Below, piece by piece: positions 27,738 to 35,388 of a DNA stretch of 59,969 bases. The notes beneath the pieces were generated by a model. That model was not told where the DNA came from. It ran no database searches and was given only the letters and a program-made list of their open reading frames with translations. Each line of letters opens with the position of its first letter. Position 1 is the first letter of the stretch. A program made the position numbers and the translations under genes. Origin of the DNA: a virus; IMG/VR virus record IMGVR_UViG_3300037310_000161, one strand, 5' to 3'.

Positions 27738-28331
27738 ATGAAAATCAGTGAATGCCGCCCCGGAATGATCGTCGCCGTGAGCGACGATCCTGGAACCCAG
27801 CTCTACACCGTGCTGGGCATCCAGGGGACGCTGGCCGACCTCGGGTACTACGAGGGGGGCCAGCTCCTCCGGGCAGGGAAGATGGACGTGGGCACCTGTC
27901 GCAGGCCCTCCCGCGCCCAGCTCGCAACGACATCGGCCCGCACCATGCGGGCCGTCAACTCCGAGGCCCAGCAGGCGGCCGCCCGCGAGAACGGGCGCAA
28001 GGGTGGCCGCCCCAACCAGGGCAAAACGCCCCGATTCAACAAAACGGAGACCCGGCTTCTGCTTGAGGGACTCCGGAACAACGGCGTGCTTGAGACCGAG
28101 CACGGGTACCGCGCCTCCAGGCGCGGCTCCAGCTATGGCGCCCGCGAAAGCGCGGCGGCAGGGAACCTCATTGCGCGGGGCCTCCTGGAGCACGCCCACG
28201 CCGAGAGCAGCACCCTCGGCACCGCCCGCAGCCATGGGTCCTGGCACGTCTGGGTCAACCGCTACCGCCTCACCCCGGAGGGGATGGAGGTGGCTAGAAC
28301 CCTAAGAAGGCCCACTACTGTGGAGGAGTAG
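27738..28331 (+). CDS. Hypothetical, possibly DNA-binding, protein (197 aa)
   Basis: Track ORF 27507..28331 trimmed to MKISECRPGMIVAV (ATG 27738). It has a basic ENGRKGGRPNQGK motif mid-protein. Confidence 0.55.
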   Translation: MKISECRPGMIVAVSDDPGTQLYTVLGIQGTLADLGYYEGGQLLRAGKMDVGTCRRPSRAQLATTSARTMRAVNSEAQQAAARENGRKGGRPNQGKTPRFNKTETRLLLEGLRNNGVLETEHGYRASRRGSSYGARESAAAGNLIARGLLEHAHAESSTLGTARSHGSWHVWVNRYRLTPEGMEVARTLRRPTTVEE

Positions 28332-28351
28332 GGGAACGGACACCGGCAAAC

Positions 28352-28371
28352 CGCCCGGCTTCGGCCGGGCG
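28352..28371. terminator. GC hairpin between convergent genes (possible bidirectional terminator)
   Basis: CGCCCGGC-ttcg-GCCGGGCG is an 8-bp stem with a TTCG loop. The flanking T-tracts are weak. Confidence 0.4.
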
Positions 28372-28382
28372 CAATATTCCAC

Positions 28383-28598
28383 TCATTTCGGCCCCAGAAT
28401 CCCTTCGAACCCGGCCCCGCGCACCCCCTCCGCCCGCCCGCACAGAGCCCCGGCAACGGCGACATGCACATCCCGCATGACCGCCGCCAGCGCCGAGAGC
28501 ATCGTCTGAGGCTCCCGCGCCTGCCCGTGCAGATCGAGGGTCACCGTGAGCCGGTACTCCCTCGGCGGATCCCGCAGCACAATATCCAGCTCCACCAC
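28383..28598 (-). CDS. Small hypothetical protein (71 aa)
   Basis: GTG 28598 or 28595 lies 6 nt after GGGGAGG and directly after the upstream stop (28612). Sequence: VVELDIVLRDPPREYRLTVTLDLHGQ... Confidence 0.4.
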   Translation of the reverse strand: MVELDIVLRDPPREYRLTVTLDLHGQAREPQTMLSALAAVMRDVHVAVAGALCGRAEGVRGAGFEGILGPK

Positions 28599-28611
28599 GC
28601 TCCACCTCCCC

Positions 28612-28962
28612 CTAATCGTGCAGCGCCCACTCATGCGGCGGCAGATCCGATTCCCATATCGGACCGGCGCCCGGCCCGCAGTAACCCCACTCCGGCCGGG
28701 CATCGGCCGGAACCCAGTGCCGGAAACACCGGCCCGTGAGGTTGTACGCGCTGAGAGTCGCCCCACACAGCTCACACAGCCCGGAGGCCCGCCGCCGGGC
28801 CTGCTGGACCTTGTAGCCCGTGGCGCACCGATTGGAGCAAAACCGCCTGAGCCGGTACTTGCTCGGGGCCTCCATCTCCCCGTTAGGCAACACGTGCCGC
28901 TCCCGGACCCGCCCGCAGAACTCGCACTCCCTCAATATCACCTCAACTCGACGCCTACCCAT
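28612..28962 (-). CDS. Cys-rich zinc-finger-like protein (116 aa)
   Basis: CEFCG...FCSNRC and CELCG...GRCFRH pairs. Track ORF. Confidence 0.5.
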   Translation of the reverse strand: MGRRRVEVILRECEFCGRVRERHVLPNGEMEAPSKYRLRRFCSNRCATGYKVQQARRRASGLCELCGATLSAYNLTGRCFRHWVPADARPEWGYCGPGAGPIWESDLPPHEWALHD

Positions 28963-28977
28963 CGATATACCCCCCTC

Positions 28978-29373
28978 TCAGGCGAGCAGATCCTCGGCGT
29001 TCCCGCCAAGGTCCGCGAGTGTTATCTGACGCACGCGGGGCTCCCACCTCATGGCGACCCCGCCTCGCTTCATCTTGACCTTCCGCCAGGACCACAATTC
29101 AAGGGCCGTTCCAGGCGTTTCCAGCCACTTTCTCGTCTCGACCGCCCGCTCGCCCGTGATCTTCCGAAAATGGTCTGAAAAGCTGTTTCCGCAGCTTTGC
29201 ACCCCTATCACGCCAGCTACCGGGTCGAGCGCGATCACGTCGATTATCCCAAACAGGTCCTGCCGGACACCGTGGGGTCCGGCGTATTGATTCCACTTCT
29301 CGACTATCGCGCACTCCAGGCCGCGTGCACGGAGTGCTCGAAGGGTTCGTTGTGTCGGTGTCAATTCTGCCAT
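28978..29373 (-). CDS. PD-(D/E)xK-type nuclease, candidate Holliday-junction resolvase (131 aa)
   Basis: Track ORF trimmed to Met 69 (ATG 29373, GGAGAA RBS). Sequence: MAELTPTQRTLRALRARGLECAIVEKWN...RQDLFGIIDVIALDPVAGVIGVQSC. The E...D-x-(I/V)-A...VQ layout is typical of small phage resolvase-like nucleases (recollection). Confidence 0.55.
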   Translation of the reverse strand: MAELTPTQRTLRALRARGLECAIVEKWNQYAGPHGVRQDLFGIIDVIALDPVAGVIGVQSCGNSFSDHFRKITGERAVETRKWLETPGTALELWSWRKVKMKRGGVAMRWEPRVRQITLADLGGNAEDLLA

Positions 29374-29389
29374 TCCGTTTTCTCCATCT

Positions 29390-29989
29390 GCGAGATTCTG
29401 CAAGGGGGGTGCGAGAGAGAGATCCCCTATATAGGGAATCTCTCTCGCACGCACCCTCCTAGTCCCCGCGAGATTCTCGCATCCCCCCAAACCACTGGAA
29501 TCATTACGTTTTCGGAACCTGCGCCTTTTATCTCGCACGAATCTCGCACGAATCTCGCACGAATCTCGCACTCGCACGAATCTCGCACCGAAAACCTAAT
29601 GATTTCGGCCCCCGAGCCCGGAATCTCGCGCGAATCTCGCGCGAATCTCGCACGAATCTCGCACCCAAAATTCGGCCGTTTTTCGAATCTCGCACGAATC
29701 TCGCACAGCTCCCCCCGAATCTCGCAGGCCCCCGAATCTCGCATGAATCTCGCGCGTGGCTCTATCGCGGGGGAGGTCTGGATGCCCTCCCCCCTTAAAA
29801 AATCTCGCACCCGTAAACCCTTGAGTTTTCTAGTTTCTCGCACCGATCTCGCACGAATCTCGCACGACTCTCGCACCCGTTCATCCGAGCACCTCATCCA
29901 CGTTTACACCCATCAACTCGTCAATCTCGCGTGATTCTCGCAGTATTCTCGCAGCATTCTCGCACGGGTACAGCCCATTCCCGCGAGAT
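29390..29989. repeat. Iteron array (probable replication origin): about 25 forward and 4 inverted copies of the (GAA)TCTCGCA(C) core
   Basis: Counted by eye. Runs with exact 11-bp phasing occur at 29531/42/53/64, 29624/35/46/57, 29687/98, 29737/48 and 29836/47/58/69. There is also a 42-bp imperfect palindrome at 29409-29450. The array lies in the 507-bp gap downstream of the primase-helicase gene and runs into its last codons. Confidence 0.8.
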
Positions 29990-31875
29990 CGGCCCGTTAC
30001 CCGCTCAACCCGGCCGACAGCAATCAGCCCGTCCAAAATCCGCTGGAGAGCGGTCCGCGTGAGAGGTCTCCCCCCACCATTAGTGAGGCACCCCCACACC
30101 GGCCGCCGAGCATTCCGGGCATCCCCGAATGGGTTACCCTCCGCCACGCCCCGCCGGAGCATCTCGACCACCTGATCCCCGTGAGTGGCCAGCAGGCCCG
30201 CAAACATCGCGGCGTCTTCCCGCGCATGGAACACCCCGTCGGCATAGTCGAGGGTGAGTGACTCCCCCGCGAGAGAATAGTTGGATTTGATGCGGACCAG
30301 TTTGCGGGCGCCGGGGATTTCCTTGTGCTGCATCAAGACAAGGCGGGTCCGGACGGAGTTTTCCCACGCGGTGGATCCCGAGAGCATGTCGCCCGTGGAT
30401 ACTCCGGCCCGTGACGGGTGGGCCAGGAGCATTTGGGTGAGCCCGTGGAGTCGGCACCATCGGCGTAAATCAACGCGGATGAACCCGCTTGCCTGAGCCC
30501 GGTCGTTTTCGTTGCCCCCGAACACTGAGGTCAGGGGGTCTGCGACCAGGAGGCGCGGGCCGGGCGGCATCCCCTTGATCCACGCCTCGACCTGATCGTA
30601 AAACGGTGTGCGCTGGGGGTTGCCGTTGCGGTCGAACTGGACGAGCGTGTAATCCCTGGAGGGGACAGCGTAGGCCCGGATCCATGGCGCGTGGCCCTCC
30701 GGGGGCGTGATCTCGCCCAGAGCCCGGCGGTAGCGGGCGACGCGCCGGTGGACCTCGTTTTTATCGTCCTCGGAGAGAAGCAGGAGCACGGCGGCGGGGG
30801 TGGTGGGGAGCCCCAGCCACTCCGTCCCGTAGGCTGCCGAGTAGGCGAGCTGGAGGGCCAGGAGCGTCTTGCCGAACCCGCCCGCGCCATAGAGCGAGGT
30901 GATCTCGCCTCGGGGGATCCAGTCCTCTACGAGCCACTCCCGTGGGGGCGGGTCGTCGTTGAGGGTCGTGAGGTCGAGCAGCGCGGAGATCGGTTTTGGC
31001 GGGGGCTTCGGGGCTTCGGGGATGGGTTCGAAATCGGCCGCCGGACTGGCGCACCCGGCCTGGTTTTGCGCGTAGCGGTAGGCATTGGCGATGCGGACGA
31101 GGAAGTGGTTTTCAATCTCTTCGCCCTCCCACGGGGGCTCGCACCGGGGGTTCCAGTGTTCCATCATTAGCTGCTCGCAGACATCCTGGGAGACCCCGAG
31201 GTCGCGGACCCGGCACGCGGTGCGGTAGACGAGCCCTTCGGTCACGCCGTCGATTGAGGGCTCGGCGTCGTTTTTGAGGTAGCGCGTGGCGAGGTGAATG
31301 GCGAGATCGGTATCGATTTCGCAGGCGGGCGTTTCCTTGCGGGGCTCGCGGGTGTGCTCGGAGGGCTTGAGGGCCTCCAGCAGGGGTGTGGGGAGCGCGG
31401 CAAATCGGCGGTCTTCCTCCCAGCGATACCGCCTGCCCTCGACCACGGAACCGGGGGAGATGACATACCCGCCGCGTGATTTGATATCAAGCCCGATGCC
31501 GGAAAACGGCTTCGTGGCTGATTTGGTGACCCCGACGTACCATCTGTGGAGCTTGCCTGAGTGCGTGCGGGTCGTAAACGTCTCCGGGATAGGCCCGTAG
31601 AGCATGTCCAGCTCGGCGAACGCGCCGGGCCTGTCCTCATCGACCACGCAGTGGCCAGACCGGCCAGGGGCGATCCCCCAGTTGCAGCCGGGGAACTCCT
31701 GCATCCAGTGGCGAACTTGCTCGGGATCGTTGCTGGCCTTGGCTTCCCAGTTTTTGACGAGGGGCGGGGACTTCGCGCTCCTTTTAATAGGAAACAGGAA
31801 GAGCCCGAGGGTCAGGGCTTTTCGGAGGTCCGACCCGAGGGCTGGAGGTTTGTTGGTGTCGGCAGGGGCTGACAT
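29881..31875 (-). CDS. Bifunctional primase-polymerase (Prim-Pol) / RepA-DnaB-like P-loop helicase (664 aa)
   Basis: Trimmed to MSAPADTNKPP (ATG 31875, GAGGAG RBS). Prim-Pol pattern: LFLFPIKRSAKSP...NWGIAPGRSGHCVVDEDRP...THSGKLHRWY. Walker A ITSLYGAGGFGKTLLALQLA and Walker B RLLVADPLTSVF. Confidence 0.85.
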   Translation of the reverse strand: MSAPADTNKPPALGSDLRKALTLGLFLFPIKRSAKSPPLVKNWEAKASNDPEQVRHWMQEFPGCNWGIAPGRSGHCVVDEDRPGAFAELDMLYGPIPETFTTRTHSGKLHRWYVGVTKSATKPFSGIGLDIKSRGGYVISPGSVVEGRRYRWEEDRRFAALPTPLLEALKPSEHTREPRKETPACEIDTDLAIHLATRYLKNDAEPSIDGVTEGLVYRTACRVRDLGVSQDVCEQLMMEHWNPRCEPPWEGEEIENHFLVRIANAYRYAQNQAGCASPAADFEPIPEAPKPPPKPISALLDLTTLNDDPPPREWLVEDWIPRGEITSLYGAGGFGKTLLALQLAYSAAYGTEWLGLPTTPAAVLLLLSEDDKNEVHRRVARYRRALGEITPPEGHAPWIRAYAVPSRDYTLVQFDRNGNPQRTPFYDQVEAWIKGMPPGPRLLVADPLTSVFGGNENDRAQASGFIRVDLRRWCRLHGLTQMLLAHPSRAGVSTGDMLSGSTAWENSVRTRLVLMQHKEIPGARKLVRIKSNYSLAGESLTLDYADGVFHAREDAAMFAGLLATHGDQVVEMLRRGVAEGNPFGDARNARRPVWGCLTNGGGRPLTRTALQRILDGLIAVGRVERVTGRSRGNGLYPCENAARILRESREIDELMGVNVDEVLG

Positions 31876-31879
31876 GGTC

Positions 31880-32011
31880 TCACTCCTCGTCGGGCGACAG
31901 GTAGTCGCCCCGGCTGTCGCGCAGGGCCGCGCACAGCCCAAACGCCACATAGCCAACGGTTGCGCCCAGAAATAGCCCGATGAGACCTGTGATTATTGGG
32001 TTCGACAGCAT
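31880..32011 (-). CDS. Small single-pass membrane peptide (43 aa), below the track size cut-off
   Basis: Hand-translated base by base: MLSNPIITGLIGLFLGATVGYVAFGLCAALRDSRGDYLSPDEE. An AAAGGAG RBS lies 7 nt upstream. Its stop is 4 nt before the primase ATG. Confidence 0.5.
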   Translation of the reverse strand: MLSNPIITGLIGLFLGATVGYVAFGLCAALRDSRGDYLSPDEE

Positions 32012-32056
32012 TACGCCGCTCCTTTCAGGTTGGTAATACGAAAATATTACTGACAG

Positions 32057-32251
32057 TTATCCCCGCGTCTGCTCCAGTGTCACCAGTCGCAGGAGCGCCG
32101 GGTTTGCCCGGATCTGCGGCACGGCGAGCAGCAGGGAGGTGCGTATCAGCTCACTCGCGGTACAATCCAGGTGGAGCTGGTGCTCCGAGAGCCATTGTCG
32201 GAAGTCCGTCGTGACCTTGAATACGACGGGCGAGTCCTCGGTTTTTGCCAT
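32057..32251 (-). CDS. Ribbon-helix-helix (CopG/Arc-like) small regulator (64 aa)
   Basis: Trimmed to Met 86 (ATG 32251, AGAGGAGG RBS). Sequence: MAKTEDSPVVFKVTTDFRQWLSEHQLHLDCTASELIRTSLLLAV, which has a beta-alpha-alpha layout. Confidence 0.45.
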   Translation of the reverse strand: MAKTEDSPVVFKVTTDFRQWLSEHQLHLDCTASELIRTSLLLAVPQIRANPALLRLVTLEQTRG

Positions 32252-32275
32252 GGCAGTCCTCCTCTTTATTGGTTC

Positions 32276-32309
32276 GGAAAAAATGGCCCGCGCAGGATTT
32301 GCGCGGGCC
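32276..32309 (-). terminator. Rho-independent terminator on the minus strand, between the Cro-like gene and the replication genes
   Basis: GGCCCGCGC-aggattt-GCGCGGGCC (32285-32309) is a 9-bp GC stem. On the minus strand it is followed by CATTTTTTCC. Confidence 0.7.
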
Positions 32310-32333
32310 GGGACACAGAAGGGTGCGCCCGGC

Positions 32334-32567
32334 TTACGTGCGGGCGGGCGGTCCAGCTTCGCAGCCCGGAGGCAGGGTGCTACTCGTCCCAGGACGGGGG
32401 CGGGAAAGGGGTTGGAGGAGCAGGGCGAGGATCGCCTGCCCCGAACCGGATATCCGGCCGCCCCGTCGCCACCTCCACCATGTGGCGTAAGACACCCCCG
32501 CCGCACGGGCCGCGCCGACGGGGCCGCCGTAATGTTTCTCTACTAATTTGAATGGATAGGTTTCCAT
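32334..32567 (-). CDS. Cro/YdaS-like HTH protein (77 aa)
   Basis: KLVEKHYGGPVGAARAAGVSYATWWRWRRGG has an HTH layout. It is divergent from the CI-like repressor. Confidence 0.5.
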   Translation of the reverse strand: METYPFKLVEKHYGGPVGAARAAGVSYATWWRWRRGGRISGSGQAILALLLQPLSRPRPGTSSTLPPGCEAGPPART

Positions 32568-32719
32568 AATGCCGAGTAATATTTCATGGTGTGATATCGC
32601 AAATCAAGCGGAATTTTTTGCGGGTGCTATCGCCCTGCTATCGCGGGCCGCCTATATTAGGGAGTCGTCGTAATCGTTGCGTTCGGATGGGGATTATTGT
32701 AGATAGAGGGGGTCTGAAG
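32568..32719. promoter_or_regulatory. Divergent repressor/Cro-type switch region
   Basis: 152-bp gap between divergent HTH genes. It contains TGTGATATC (32590-32598) and three TATCGC boxes (about 32594, 32630, 32642). Promoter hexamers are not confidently placed. Confidence 0.5.
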
Positions 32720-33067
32720 GTGGGAATACGTCTGAGGCAAATTAGGGAGCGGCGGGGGTTGACACAGCTACAGCTCTCAACCCGGAGCGGCGTGGCGCAG
32801 AGCACGATCTCTCAGTATGAGACGGGGACTCGGAGCGCCACCCTGAGGACGTTGAGATCCCTCGCCGGGGTTTTACAATGCAAACCATGGGAACTTGTGG
32901 AGGGGGCTTCGGACTTGGAAACCGTGGAGGATTGCGTTGCCGTTCTGGAGGAGCGGCTGGGCTGGGAGCCGCTTGATAATGCCCGGCTCCGCCGGGTAAG
33001 GCGGTTGTTGGAAATGCTGCGGGAGGAAATAGCTGGTCCACCGCCGGATCCGCCCGCTATTAAATGA
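32720..33067 (+). CDS. XRE/CI-type HTH repressor (115 aa)
   Basis: GTG 32720 lies 7 nt after GAGGGGG. Sequence: VGIRLRQIRERRGLTQLQLSTRSGVAQSTISQYETGTRSATLRTLRSLAGVL, a canonical HTH_3 pattern. The track's longer N-terminus looks non-coding. Confidence 0.8.
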   Translation: MGIRLRQIRERRGLTQLQLSTRSGVAQSTISQYETGTRSATLRTLRSLAGVLQCKPWELVEGASDLETVEDCVAVLEERLGWEPLDNARLRRVRRLLEMLREEIAGPPPDPPAIK

Positions 33068-33092
33068 CCTTTAATATCTCCTATTAAGAGAG

Positions 33093-33123
33093 CCCTCGGG
33101 AACCCTCCCGAGGGTTTTTTTTT
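33093..33123 (+). terminator. Rho-independent terminator after the repressor gene
   Basis: CCCTCGGGA-accc-TCCCGAGGG followed by a run of nine T. Confidence 0.85.
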
Positions 33124-33274
33124 GTTTTGTGATATCCCATCCTGCAATATTCACTTGACGACCCATATCTCACCATGTGATATATATGGGCACCTCGGGC
33201 GGCGTGGACAGCGACCCGAGGTGCCGGTCTCTCAAGCCCCCGGTGGACAGGCCACCGGGGGCAACCCCCGTACG

Positions 33275-33337
33275 CATAGACGACATAGACGACATAGACG
33301 ACATAGACGACATAGACGACATAGACGACATAGACGA
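33275..33337. repeat. Seven tandem copies of the 9-bp unit CATAGACGA, ending on the ATG of the SNF2 gene
   Basis: Read directly at 33275-33337. An in-frame TAG at 33331-33333 lies 3 nt before ATG 33337. Confidence 0.9.
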
Positions 33338-35388
33338 TGGAAAAACCCGCCGCAGTATTTCGGCTGCCGCGATATATCGCGGAAGCTAAAAATCTTCCAC
33401 GGACAATCGAGGCCGCCGTGTTGCAGCGCACCCCCCGAGGGGGTGTGTACGTTTATGGGCACGGGGCGGCCGACCCCGAAGGTCTCTGCTGCAAATGCGG
33501 CCGGAGGCTCACACACCCTGTCTCGATCCTGACCGGGATTGGGCCGGAATGTGGCAGCCACTGGTGGGACCCCAAGGTTCTCGGGTCATACGGGTTCACC
33601 GAGCAACACGCCGAGGCCCTGCGGGCCATGATCCGCTCGGTGCGGGTCGATTGTTGGCTCCCCGAGTCCGTGCTATCGATGGTCAAGGGCGGCGACGGTT
33701 GCACTGTCGAAGTCCCCGACGACCACCCGATGCTGGCGGAGCCCCGCAAGCCTGATGCTCCCGCCGCCCCTCCTACTGGCACGGCCCGCGCCACCTCCGG
33801 CGGTTTCGCGGAGCTGCGGTTCGCCTACGACCCCAAGCTGATCGATAGTGTCAAGATGCTCTCCGGCAGACGCTGGGATGCCGCCGAAAAGTGCTGGCGC
33901 GTGCCTGCGACGCACGCCGCCCGGCTGGCCGAGCTGGGCTTCGAGCTGGACGAGACTCTCGACCGGATCGCCAACCCGCCCGAAGTCCGCCGCGTGACGA
34001 GCGAGGATATCGGGATTCCGGGCCTGTACCCCTTTCAGGTCGAAGGTGTGCGGTTCCTCGAAGCTCGGGGCGGCTGCGGGCTCCTAGGAGACGAGATGGG
34101 CCTGGGCAAGACAATCCAGGCTGTCGCGTGGCTCAAGCTGCACCCCGAGGCGCGTTTGGCGGTGATCGTCGTTCCCGCGAGCCTCAAAATCAACTGGGTG
34201 AGAGAAATCGCGAAGTGGATTCCAGGCGACAACAAGGTCGTCACGCTCTCAGGCAAGAAGCCCAGCAAGAAAGCGCTCGCGGGCGCTCAGATCGTTATCA
34301 TCAACTACGACATCCTGGGCGCATGGCTCAGCACTCTGCTGGCCCGGAGCCCCGTGGCCGTGATCGCCGATGAGAGCCATTACATTAAGAGCGCCAAGGC
34401 GGCTCGCACGAAGGCTGTCCTGACCCTCGCCCGCGCCTGCCTCCACCAGATTTACCTCTCGGGTACTCCGATCACGAACCGCCCAGCGGAGTTCTACACG
34501 GTCCTGAACGCACTCGCCCCGGCTGAGTTCGCTAATTGGTACCGCTACACCGAACGCTACTGCGGTGCGTATCGCGACCGCTGGGGCTGGCAGGTGCGCG
34601 GGGCGACCAACACGCGGGAGCTGTTCGAAAAAGTAAACGGCAGACTCATGCTCCGCCGCAAGAAGGCGGACGTGCTGAAAGACCTCCCCGAGAAGCGGCG
34701 GCTGGTGATCCCCATGCCGCTCGACAACGCGGCGGAGTACGGGCGGGCGGATGAAGAGCTTCTCAGATGGATCCGGGAGAATTTCGGAGTCGGGCGGGCG
34801 AACGCTGCGGCGAACGCGGAGGCTCTGGTGCGCTTCGGTGTGCTCAAGCAACTGGCGGCGAAGGGCAAGTTGTCGTCTGCCGTCGAGTGGATCGAAAACG
34901 CCCTGGAGACGAACGGCAAGTTAGTCGTCTTCGCCGTCCACCACGCGACCATCGACTACCTGCGCGAGGCTCTCGCGGCATGGAACCCCGCCGTGGTTGA
35001 CGGCCGGGTGGACACGGCGCGCCGCCAGGAAGCGGTGGACCGTTTCCAAAACGACCCCGAGTGCAAGGTGTTTTTGGGAAACATCAAGGCGGCCGGTGTC
35101 GGGCTCACGCTCACCGCCGCCAGCACAACGGTTTTTGTCGAGATGGGGTGGACCCCCGGTGAGCACGATCAGGCTGAAGACCGGGTCCACAGAATCGGGC
35201 AGGAAGCCGCAAGCGTTGAGGCGTACTACCTCGTCGCGGAAAATACCATTGAAGAAGAAATCGCGGGCATCCTCGATGAGAAACGCGAGGTGCTCAATAT
35301 GGTGCTGGACGGCGAGGAAACGCCGGAAAGCTCGATGCTGACCGTCCTGCTCGAAAAGCGGGGCCTTACCAGAAAGGAGGAGGAATAG
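33337..35388 (+). CDS. SNF2-family ATPase/helicase with an N-terminal Cys motif (683 aa)
   Basis: CCKCGRRLTHPVSILTGIGPECG (DUF6011-like, from memory), LYPFQVEGVRFL, LLGDEMGLGKTIQAVAW, VIADESHYIKS, LSGTPITNRPAEFYTVLN, and FLGNIKAAGVGLTLTAASTTVFVEMGWTPGEHDQAEDRVHRIGQ. The exact start is uncertain because no RBS is visible. Confidence 0.88.
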   Translation: MEKPAAVFRLPRYIAEAKNLPRTIEAAVLQRTPRGGVYVYGHGAADPEGLCCKCGRRLTHPVSILTGIGPECGSHWWDPKVLGSYGFTEQHAEALRAMIRSVRVDCWLPESVLSMVKGGDGCTVEVPDDHPMLAEPRKPDAPAAPPTGTARATSGGFAELRFAYDPKLIDSVKMLSGRRWDAAEKCWRVPATHAARLAELGFELDETLDRIANPPEVRRVTSEDIGIPGLYPFQVEGVRFLEARGGCGLLGDEMGLGKTIQAVAWLKLHPEARLAVIVVPASLKINWVREIAKWIPGDNKVVTLSGKKPSKKALAGAQIVIINYDILGAWLSTLLARSPVAVIADESHYIKSAKAARTKAVLTLARACLHQIYLSGTPITNRPAEFYTVLNALAPAEFANWYRYTERYCGAYRDRWGWQVRGATNTRELFEKVNGRLMLRRKKADVLKDLPEKRRLVIPMPLDNAAEYGRADEELLRWIRENFGVGRANAAANAEALVRFGVLKQLAAKGKLSSAVEWIENALETNGKLVVFAVHHATIDYLREALAAWNPAVVDGRVDTARRQEAVDRFQNDPECKVFLGNIKAAGVGLTLTAASTTVFVEMGWTPGEHDQAEDRVHRIGQEAASVEAYYLVAENTIEEEIAGILDEKREVLNMVLDGEETPESSMLTVLLEKRGLTRKEEE

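Noticed and set aside
29390-29989. Possible CRISPR array or mini-array
   Set aside because: The repeat unit is only about 11 bp and mostly contiguous, with no unique spacers of 25-40 bp. There are no cas genes. The pattern is iteron-like.
28978-31956. N-terminal extensions of track ORFs (28978..29577 and 29881..31956; likewise 9752..11881, 14962..16104, 21606..22328, 32057..32506, 41958..42764, 27507..28331 and 32591..33067)
   Set aside because: The extensions read through iterons or neighbouring genes, have non-protein-like composition, and lack RBSs. Internal starts with good RBSs and start/stop coupling were preferred.
33122-33561. ORFs across the 9-bp repeat (HRRHRR..., IDDIDD..., CRLCRL... 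peptides)
   Set aside because: They are artefacts of translating a tandem repeat in three frames. They lie between a terminator and the SNF2 gene.
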